Source of the DNA: Cyanophora paradoxa CCMP329
Lineage: Eukaryota > Plantae > Glaucophyta
Assembly (NCBI GenBank): GCA_004431415.1
Contig: QPMI01000100.1
Coordinates: 1 to 64,000 of the forward strand
Reading direction: 5' to 3'
DNA: 64,000 nt
The translations under genes and the position numbers were made by a program. Below the pieces are notes generated by a model that was not told the origin of the DNA, searched no databases, and was given only the letters and a program-made list of their open reading frames with translations. The first letter of the stretch is position 1, and every line of letters begins with the position of its first letter. This document shows, piece by piece, positions 54,846-64,000 of the stretch.

Positions 54846-57800
54846 CTACTCTAGGGCGAGGTGCGGGGGCCCGTGGGGCTCGTGCCCCCGGGGCGACGTG
54901 AAGCCGAGGCCCCCCACAAGGCCGCCGACCCGCTTGATCACCGTCGAGGTCCGCAGGGCGTCCACCCGCTGGAAGGCGCCCCCGACCCCATTGACGCCCT
55001 GCAGCTGCGGCGAGGCCGGGCCGGAGCCCAGGCCCGACGCCATCTGGCCGCCGTTCGCCTCGGCCACCGCTGGTGCCCGAGTCAGAGAGCGACACAGAGC
55101 GCCGTGGCGAAGGCGTGGTGCGCACGGAGGGGGGCGGGGCGGCCCGGGGAGGGCGTGCCGGCCTTGGCCAGCAAGTACGTAAGGTTGTCGTTCTCCTCTG
55201 CGGTGCAAAGCTGAGAGGGAGGAAAGGAAATAGCTGAAGGGAGAGGGACCTTGGAGGGCGGTGAGGCGCTCCTCGGAGGCGTCGCGCTCGCCCTGGAGGC
55301 GCCCGATCTCCTGCCGCTGGAACCTGAGCTCGTGCTCCTGCCGCACCAGCTTCTCCCGCATCAGCTCGTGCAGCCTGCGGCGAAGAGGTCAGAGCCCAGA
55401 AGATCGGCGACTAGCCATGCCAGATTCTTATTCTACAATTCGCATGTTATTCATTATCGATTATGTTATTTTGAGCCTTGATTCTTATAAAGAAACGTGA
55501 GTAAGCCTTGATTCTTATAAAGAAACGTGAGTAAGCCTTGATTCTTATAAAGAAACGTGAGCAAGAGCCCACGAGCTCGGAGCTCAAAGAGGCGCACTCG
55601 GTGATGGTCCGGACGTCGGCGACGTCGCCGCGGCGCTGCGCCATGAGCGTCGCCAGGTGCACCATCTCCGCCATCTGCTCGTCGATCGTCGCCAGCCGGG
55701 ACTCCACGCTCCGCAGCGGGGGCGCGCCCCCCTCGCCCCCTTCCCCCTCTTGGGACTGGGAGGCGGCGGCCGCCGCCGCGCGCTGGGACTGGATCTCCCG
55801 AAGGAGCGTCGGGTCCTGTCCCCTGAGGACCTTGTTCTCGTTCTCGAGGTGCTTGAGGCGCTTGTTTAGGGACGCGATCTCGCCCTGGGCGCGCTGCAGG
55901 AGCTGTTTGAGCTCGTCGACGGAGAGCTCGAGGTTGACGCGGGGCCTGTTCTTGATGTTCTTCGCGCGCGCCCCGAAGCGCAGCGTGGAGAGCGTCTCGG
56001 CGATGTTCCAGGAGGAGGGCGAGCAGCAGATCATGAGCGCCGTGCGCGCGTTGCCGCCGAGGGACTCCTCCAGCACGCGCGTGAGCTTCGAGTCGCGGTA
56101 CGGCACGTGCGTGCTCTTGCCGTCCGTGAGCGCGTTGATCACCATGCCCTGCGCACCTGCCTGAGCGTACGAACTGGCTTGCTGGGCGTACTGTACAGCA
56201 TACCAGCGTCGTGAGGGACTTGTTGATGAGCTTCGTCTCCTCGAATCGCATCCCCTCCGCCTTGCTCTTCTCCACCTTCTCCGAGCCGGCGAGCTGCGCC
56301 CCAAGCAAGCTCAGAGGAGCACAAAGAAACAACTGAAAGGAGAGCCGATAAGCTCACGCACGTCGACGAGGTAGAGCTTGCCGGTGCGGGAGCGGCCGTC
56401 GGTGAGGCTCTGCTGCTGGACGGTGATCATGAAGATGCAGTGGCTCCGCGACGACTGCTCGTTCATCACCGTCTCCCCCATCACCCTGTTCGCCGAGCCG
56501 ACCTGCGCGCAGCACGGGGTGGGGCGGGCCCTCGGCTCAGCAAACCCTTAGACCACCCATCCTCTTCCCCCCCGCCCCGCCCCTCCCTCCGCCCCGCCCC
56601 CTCCGCCCCGCCCCCCCGCCCCCCGGTCCCCCGGCGCACGTCGATGAGCTGGAGGAGCTCCTCGGCGGAGGCGACGTAGCGCGAGGTCGCCCCCTCGATC
56701 ACCCAGATCTTCCGGTACTTGTCCTCCCGGATCGGCACTGCAAAGCGATCAGATCAAGGCCGCCTCAGAGCGCGCCCGCCGGCCGGCTCAAGGAAAGCTA
56801 AGGGCTATGCCACGCCCGCCTCAGGGCGGGCCCCGCCACGCCCCGCCCCGCCGGGCCGCCCCGCCCCGCATAGAGCCACGCAAGCGCGCAGCGGCGGGGG
56901 CGTGGGGCGTGGGGCGGGGGCGCACGGTTGTCGAGCTGGCCGGTGCCATCGAGGAGGTCCCGGATGCGCTCCATGTAGATCTCCACGTAGCACACCTGCG
57001 GGGGGGGAGGGGGGCGGGGGAGTGAGGGAGGTGGGATGGGGGGGGGGGGGGGGGAGGGGGCGGGGTAGAGAGCGCAGCTAAGCGGGCTCTCTAAGGGGAG
57101 GAACCCAGCTAAGCGGGGCGGACTACGGACTAAGCGAGGAAAGGGGGGGTGAGGAGAGGGGAGGGGGGGGGAGGGGGGGGGCCTAGGCCGAGCCGCCCGC
57201 CCCCCGGGGAGGCGGCTCAGCTCAGCTCAGCTTCGATCGCGGGGCGGACCTTGATCGCGAACTCGACGCTCGCCCCCGCCGCCTCGATCGCCTCGAAGAG
57301 GCCGTACGCAAGCCGCGGCATCAGGCCCGCTGAGGGGGGCTCAGGACGGGGCTTCGAGGGCGAGCGGAGGGGAGGGAGGTGAGCTCGCCTGTGCTCCCGC
57401 GGTTGCCGGGGCCTTGCATCTGTGGGGGCGGCGCCAGTCTATCTCAGCAGGGCGTCGAGGGGGGGGCGCGTGGGGCGGCGCAGCGCCCCGTCCCGGGGTC
57501 GCTCACCGTGTAGGTCTTGCCGCTGCCGGTTTGTCCGTACTGCAAGAGATTCGCTAGTAAGTAATGCGGCAGACGGGCACGGGACGCGGGCGAGACATTG
57601 AATCACCGTGAAGATGGTCCCTGCAGTTAAGGGACGGAGGGGACGTCAGCAGGCGGCCGGGGCGGGGAGGGGAGAGGGCGAGGGGACTCCCGCACCGTTG
57701 TACCCGTTGAGAATCTCCTTGAGAATGGGGTACCCCACCTGGTTGTAGACCTCTTCCTGCGAGGCCTCCATCCCGAAGACGCCGTCAAACGCGAACTCTG

Positions 57801-58400
57801 CGGCCCGCGCTCAGGCCGCGCCGCCGCGCTGCGCGGCGCCACGGCGGCGCGCGCGAACCGGTCTTGCCATAGTCGAAGTTGCTCGTGTGCTGCGCGCGCG
57901 AGGATTTGGTCAGCTTCCGCTGCAGGCGCGGCCCGAGGCCGAGGCCAGGCGGGGCGGCACCTTGATGAAGCCTTGCGCGGGCGGCAGCACTTTGAGGCTC
58001 TTCCCGTCGATTGCTGTTTGGACGCACACTTCGTGCTCTCGCTGCGAGTGCGCGGCCCTCGGTGAGCCAGTGAAGGGAGCTCGGTGCCGGGACAAGGGCT
58101 CGGACGGCTCCCAGGCCAGCGCACCTGGGTGCGCTCAAGATCGTTGAGCGGCCTGATGCGCGCGACAACCTTCACGTTCGCGGTCTCGTCCGAGCTTGGC
58201 GGGCCGGCGCTGCTCGGCCCGGGTGGCGCTGACGCGCCGCTGGCATCGGAGGGTGTCGGCGATGGGCGCAACCCCGTCGCTGATTTCGGTCTCGCTGGAC
58301 TCAAAGGCTTCGGCGCACTCAGCGACGCTCGCCCTCCTTTCGCGCTGCCTGGCCTTGGCGCTCCAGCGGGCATCGGTTTTACTACTGAGGGGCGCATCAT
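54846..58400 (-). CDS. Kinesin-1 (conventional kinesin heavy chain)-like motor with short stalk
   Basis: NVKVVARIRPLN, GYN|GTIFT|YGQTGSGKTYT, NEQSSRSH, LYLVD|LAGSEK, HVPYRDSKLTRVLEESLGGN. Neck VNLELSVDELKQLL is typical of kinesin-1. Confidence 0.93.
55474..55561. repeat. 30-bp x3 AT-rich intronic tandem repeat
   Basis: AGCCTTGATTCTTATAAAGAAACGTGAG(TA) occurs three times. Confidence 0.92.
57330..57388 (-). other. GC-AG intron (59 nt) in the kinesin motor domain
   Basis: …AGC ACA G|GCGAGC…CCCTCAG|CG GGC CTG ATG CCG CGG restores the conserved (A)GLMPR. No usable GT donor is available. Confidence 0.7.
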
Positions 58401-58765
58401 CTTCGACGGCTAGGCGCTCCTACGCATGCGCTGGCCCTCTCCTTCGATTCTGTCGTTCTGTGCGCTGGCAAGCGGTGCGGCAGTTACGGCGGGGTACGGC
58501 AATTCAGGTCGTAGTGTGTTGGCAGGCGCGAGTCAAAGGAGCCAGTCCGCGCGCTCCGGATCGACGTCCAGCCCGCGCACCCAGCGTGCATTTTTGTGAG
58601 AGTCGCGTCCACAAGCGCCGGCAGCAGCGTACGTGTGCTCGGAGCCCGCATCTTCGGCGCAGCATCCTCCGGTCAGCCAAACACCTAGCATCGGCAGCGG
58701 ACCGGTACATCAGCGCGGTCCTCGTACCAACAGGCGCGGAAGCCGCGGAGGGGACTTGCCGCCGT

Positions 58766-61700
58766 ATGGAGGTGCCGCACTCCCATCAGTCGGATGTTCC
58801 GCATCTGAGCAGTCTCGCGTCGCAGTTCTTTTCGAAGTTGAGGGATTCCTTTGGTTCGAAGGATGAGAAGAAGCCGCCAGCTTCGCCCTCGTCTTCGTCG
58901 TCGTCGGTGGGCGGCCAGGAAGTGAAGAGCCCTCCGAAACCCGGGCCGAAAGAGGAGGGCGTGCTGGACAGCATCTTTGGTCTTTTCAAGACGAGCCGTG
59001 TGGTACGCGCACGCCCTTCATTGGTCGTTTCGGTTTTCGAGCCTGGCGTTGCCGCGCAGGACGAGAGCGTCACGAGCGATGCGTCCAGTACCGCAATCCT
59101 CAGCCCGCCTATGTCGCCCACCTCGACGTCGTCAAAGTCGATCGATATGCTCTCGCCGCGCTCGGCCACGTCGGCGGCCGGCCTGGACAGCAGCCTGCCG
59201 AGCGACGTCCTGCAGGGCCTCCAGTTCCTTTTGGGCGGCGTCCCGACTGAGGCGGTCGGCTCTCCGGAGGCCGCGGCGCCGGTGACGCCGAAGAGCGCGA
59301 GGGGCAAGAGGAAGGACGCGTGGGGCTCCTCGCCCGGCAGCAGTCCCGTCAAGAAGATCGTCTCGACGCCGTCGCCTGCGAAGCAGAAGGCGCGGCAGCC
59401 AGAGGAGCTCGTCGTCGCCGACGAGCGCGACGCGGCGGCGCCCGCGGCGCCGGCCGCGCCGGCCCCGAAGACGCCCAGCGGCCGCGGGAAGGCCGCCGCC
59501 TCGCCCGCCGCCTCGGCCTCGACCTCCTCGCCTTCGCCCTCGCCCAAGCCGAGCGCGCCGGCCTCGACCGAGGCGATAGTCGTGGAGGGCCCGCCTCCGC
59601 CGCCGCCGGCGGCGGGCGGCTCCGGCTCGGACGCGTCCCTGCCGCAGCTTCTGGACGAGCTGCTCAAGCTGGCGCTGAAGCAGCCCGGAGCCGCGCAGTC
59701 GGCCGTCCGCGTCACAGCGGACGGGAGCTCGCCCGTGATCGAGCTGAACCTGGAGCAGCTCGTGCGGGGCGTCTCGCCGTCGCTCCAGGGGTCGCCGGGG
59801 CAGCAGCAGCGGAAGCTGGTCAACCGGAACGCTCGCTTCTTCCAGGACACGCCGACGGGCGAGGAGGTGGGCCCCGGGGCCTACGAGGGCGCCGCCGCGT
59901 ACGACTCGATGGGCTACAACGCCGACAGGGAGGCCGAGCGCCTCTCCGCGGTCCGCCTTCTTTCCTTGTCTCTTTGGCCGACTGCCGGGCGACTTTCCTT
60001 CGCTGACCTTCGCGGGCAGGCCTTCGCGGACATGAGCGAGCGCCCCGGCGCCGAGAGCAAGGCCACTGGGCCCGAGGTCCGCCCAGCCCAGCCCCGCTCT
60101 CGCCTGCCTGCTGTCCGTCTCCGTCCCTGACGCGGCGCAGCTGGGCCCCGGGTACTACCCGGCGTACATGCGGGACACGATGGCGAGCCGGGCGCGCAAG
60201 GGCCAGGAGGCCGGCCTCTCCGCCGCCTTCAACCCGAGCGCCCCGGGCCACGCCGAAATGGCCATCCGCAACACCCCCGAGGCCGTCGGCCCCGGCAAAT
60301 GTGCGCCGGCCGCGCCAACTAGGGCGCGGTGGAGGAGTTAGTAACCCGGCGCGCGCGCAGACGTGACGAAGTGGGGCACGGTGGAGGAGTACCTGGACAA
60401 GAACGCGGCGATCCCCTCGTCGGCCTTCGCCCCGACGGCGCCGGGCCACCGCTCCTTCGAGTCATATGCGACGCCGACGGCGATCGGGCCGGGCGCCTAC
60501 ATCGGCTCCAACGCCCCGGGCTCCATCGAGGCCTGGGCCGCCGAGCAGGCAGCCCGCGAGTCGGCCGCCTTCAACGCCGACGCCCCGGGCCACCGCGACC
60601 TCGCGAGCAAGGCGACGTCGGCCGAGCTCGGGCCGGGCGTGTACCCCTCGTACATGCTGGACACGCTCTCGAGCCGCGCCAAGAAGCTGCGCGAGGCCGG
60701 CGTCCTGTCCGCCGCGTTCAGCCCGACGGCCCCGGGGCACAAGGACCTCGCCAGCAAGGCCACGCCCGAGGCCCTGGGCCCCGGCGTGTACGAGGGCGCA
60801 GCCAAGGTCGGGACGCTCCAGGGAGAGTTCGAGGCGAGCAAGTGGCGCGTCGCGTCGGCGTTCGCGCCGGACGCGCCCGGGCACCAGGACCTCGCGAGCA
60901 AGGCGACGCCGGCGGAGCTCGGGCCGGGCGCCTACGTGGGGGCCTACACGATCCACACGCTGCAGGGCGACCTCGCCGCGGACATGCGCCAGTCGGCGGC
61001 GTTCGCGCCGAGCGCGCCGGGCCACAGGGACCTGGCCAGCAAGGCGACCCCCGAGGAGCTGGGCCCCGGAGCCTACGCGGGGGCGCAGATCATCCACACG
61101 ATGCAGGGCGAGTTCGAGGCGAGCAAGTGGCGCGTCGCGTCGGCCTTCGCGCCCGACGCCCCCGGCCACCGCGACCTCGCCAGCAAGGCCACGCCGGCCG
61201 AGCTTGGCCCCGGGTGCGCCCTCCGCGCCCGCCCCAGGCCGCCGCAGCCGCCCTGTAGCGAAAGAGAGAGCTGACGACGGGGGCGCCCGCCCGCCCGCCC
61301 GCGCCTCGCGCAGGGCGTACGACGGGGTGCGGACGTACGACACGCTGGCGGGGAACGTCGACCCGCGCGAGTCGGCGGCCTTTAACGCGAGCGCGCCGGG
61401 CCACCTGGGCCTTGAGTCCCGCGCCACCGCCCCGCACGTCGGCCCCGGGTCAGCTCCCCCGCCCTTGCCCGGCCCGCGCGACGTGCTGCCTGACGCGGCG
61501 CGCCCGCAGGTCGTACGCGAACGCTGTGAACACGCTCCAGGGCGACCTGGCCGCTGATATGCGCCAGTCGGCCGCCTTCGCCGCCGACGCCCCCGGCCAC
61601 CGCGACCTCGCCAGCAAGGCCACGCCGGCCGAGCTCGGGCCGGGCGCCTACGCGGGCGCCTACACCATCCACACCCTCCAGGGCGACTCCGAGGCGAGCA

Positions 61701-63862
61701 AGTGGCGGATCGCCTCGGCGTTCGCGCCGGACGCGCCCGGGCACCAGGACCTCGCTAGCAAGGCGACGCCGGCGGAGCTCGGGCCCGGCGCCTACGAAGG
61801 CGCAGCCAAGGTCGGCAGCATGCAGGGCGAGTACGAGGCGAACAAGTGGCGGATCGCCTCGGCGTTCGCGCCCGACGCGCCCGGCCACAGGGACCTGGTG
61901 CGGCTGCGCGCGCTTCTGTGTGCTTACGGCTCGTCTGACGTCGCTTCGCGGTGCAGGCTAGCAAGGCTACCCCTGAGGAGCTGGGGCCCGGTGTTTACGA
62001 GGGAGCAGCCAAGGTCGGCAGCATGCAGGGCGAGTACGAGGCGAACAAGTGGCGCATCGCCTCGGCGTTCGCGCCCGACGCGCCCGGCCACAAGGACTTG
62101 GTGCGGCGGCTTGCGCCTCATCCGTATCCGGCTCGCGTTTGTCTGAACGGTCTGCTCAGGCTAGCAAGGCGACTCCCGAGGAGCTGGGGCCCGGTGTGTA
62201 CGAGGGCGCAGCCAAGGTCGGCAGCATGCAGGGCGAGTACGAGGCGAACAAGTGGCGCATCGCCTCGGCGTTCGCGCCCGACGCGCCCGGCCACAAGGAC
62301 TTGGTGCGGCGGCTTGCGCCTCATCCGTATCCGGCTCGTGTTTGCCTGAACGTTCTGCTCAGGCGAGCAAGGCGACTCCCGAGGAGCTGGGCCCCGGCGT
62401 CTACGAAGGCGCAGCCAAGGTCGGCAGCATGCAGGGCGAGTACGAGGCGAACAAGTGGCGGATCGCCTCGGCGTTCGCGCCGGACGCCCCAGGGCACAAG
62501 GACCTCGCCAGCAAGGCGACTCCGGAGGAGCTTGGCCCCGGCGCCTACGAGGGCGCATCCAAGGCCGGCACCATGCTCGGCGAGTTCGAGGCGAACAAGT
62601 GGCGCATCGCTTCGGCCTTTGCGGCCGACTCGCCGGGGCACCAGGACCTGGCGAGCAAGGCGACGCCGCCGGCCGTCGGCCCGGGCGCCTACGCCAACGC
62701 GATGAACACGCTTCAGGGCGACCTGGCCGCCGACATGCGCCAGTCCGCCGCCTTTGTGGGGGCGGCCCCCGGGCACCAGGACCTCGCCAGCAAGGCGACG
62801 CCGCAGGGCGTCGCCCCCGGCACGTACGCCGACCCCGCCGGCATGGCCATCGACGCCCAGCGCCGCGCCGTCGCCGGGCCCTCGTCCGGCATGGCCCCGC
62901 GTGCGCCCGCCCGACCCGATTTGATTCGATTTGATTCTGATTTGATCCGCAGCGGTGGGCCCCGGGTCGGAGGGCGCCGGCTCTCCCACCTCGCCCCATT
63001 CGCCGGGGGCCGGGTACGGCTGGAAGACGATCGCGGCGCGCGCGAAGAAGGCGCGGGAGCAGGCGGAGAAGCTGAGCCAGATCCGGGCCTCGCTCGCCTC
63101 GCTCCCCACGGCCCGCGCCCGGGCACGCGAGCCGGGCGCCTACATGCAGGAGACCCAGTCGAGCCGGACCCGCCGCGGGGACAGCCGAACCGGATCCCTG
63201 GACCAGGGCCAGCCGACGGCCGGCGCCCCCGCGCCGGCCCCGGAGGCAGCCCCGGGCCCGGAGCGCTCGGCCGGCCCGAGCCCGAGCCCGGCGACCCGGC
63301 GGGCGGCGGCGAGCCCCGTGGCGGGCCTGCCCTCGGGCGGGCGCGCGGCCGGGGCCCGAACCTGCGGGCCTCGATCGACTCGCTGCACAGCCTCAAGGCG
63401 GCCATGCGGGCGGCCGGCGGGCTCGAGGCGCCCCCGCCCGTGCGCGAGGCCGTCTCGCCCTCCCCACCGCGCCCCGCCGGCCCCAGACCGCGCGCCGCGC
63501 CCCGGGGCCCGCCCCGGCCCCATGGCCCCGCCCGCCACCGCCCCGCGCGCCGCACGGCGGGGAAGACCCCCGCGGCGGGCGGCTCCCCGCCGGGCAGCAG
63601 CGGCCCCGCCGCGGCGGCAGCGGGGCGGAACCCGCCGCTGGGGGCGACGTCGGACGAGAGCGCGCGCTCGCTGGTGGACGTCGCCCGCGACCTCATGCGG
63701 CTCTACGGCGCCCAGGGCCAGGGCGTCAAGGTCGTCATCCAGCTGCCCCAGGGCGCAGACGGCGCCCCCGCCGCCGTCCCGACCCTAACCCTCGCCACCG
63801 CCGGCGAGGCCTCCTCCTCCTCGTCGCCCCCGCCGGCCGAGCCACGCTCCGCCTGGGCGTGA
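58766..63862 (+). CDS. GPGxY (SHIPPO/sperm-tail PG-rich-like) repeat protein, ~18-20 repeats of ~48 aa
   Basis: Unit ASKATPEELGPGAYEGAAKVGSMQGEYEANKWRIASAFAPDAPGHKDL is repeated over 59870-63140, with low-complexity S/P termini. Confidence 0.8.
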
Positions 63863-64000
63863 TCGACCGCGGGCCGCGGCACTGCTTTTTTCCTCGGGTC
63901 TTTCTTGAATGAATGCACAGGTAGCCAGCCAGCCACTAGACTAGCCCTCAGCCTGTAGTCTATGTAACGCTTTTAGTCTTTTGATGTCGTCCCGCCCGTG

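Noticed and set aside
22079-63967. TGTAA as the poly(A) signal
   Set aside because: It is present after some genes (F-box, RING, PDE, GPGxY protein) but not clearly after others, which is too inconsistent without 3'-end data.

Overview
This is GC-rich eukaryotic genomic DNA with many short spliceosomal introns whose donors are mostly GTNCGC. The genes suggest a flagellated protist or alga. A glaucophyte or green alga is a plausible guess but cannot be proven from this window. The first ~7 kb is three abutting tandem arrays: a 73/78-bp satellite, a 78-bp repeat and a 121-bp repeat. All three carry hairpins, and the first two share a homologous stem with a compensatory base-pair swap. The rest holds about 14 intron-rich genes, mostly in head-to-head pairs: a hypothetical protein; a myristoylated DUF4062-NACHT-TPR protein with 3 clear and 2 degenerate dynein microtubule-binding-domain (MTBD) repeats; FNBP4-like; membrane RING-H2 E3; F-box; membrane class I PDE; a second hypothetical protein; DNAJC16-like; a WW protein; WD40; a PDR-type ABCG; an orphan gene in a low-GC island; kinesin-1-like; and a GPGxY (SHIPPO-like) repeat protein. 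The strongest leads are (1) the STAND NTPase-TPR protein fused to tandem dynein MTBDs and (2) repeated 'echo' copies of exon-intron junctions inside the AT-rich introns of the PDE and ABCG genes. Gene models were spliced by eye. Several apparent frameshifts in G/C runs look like long-read errors, and some 5' ends are uncertain.
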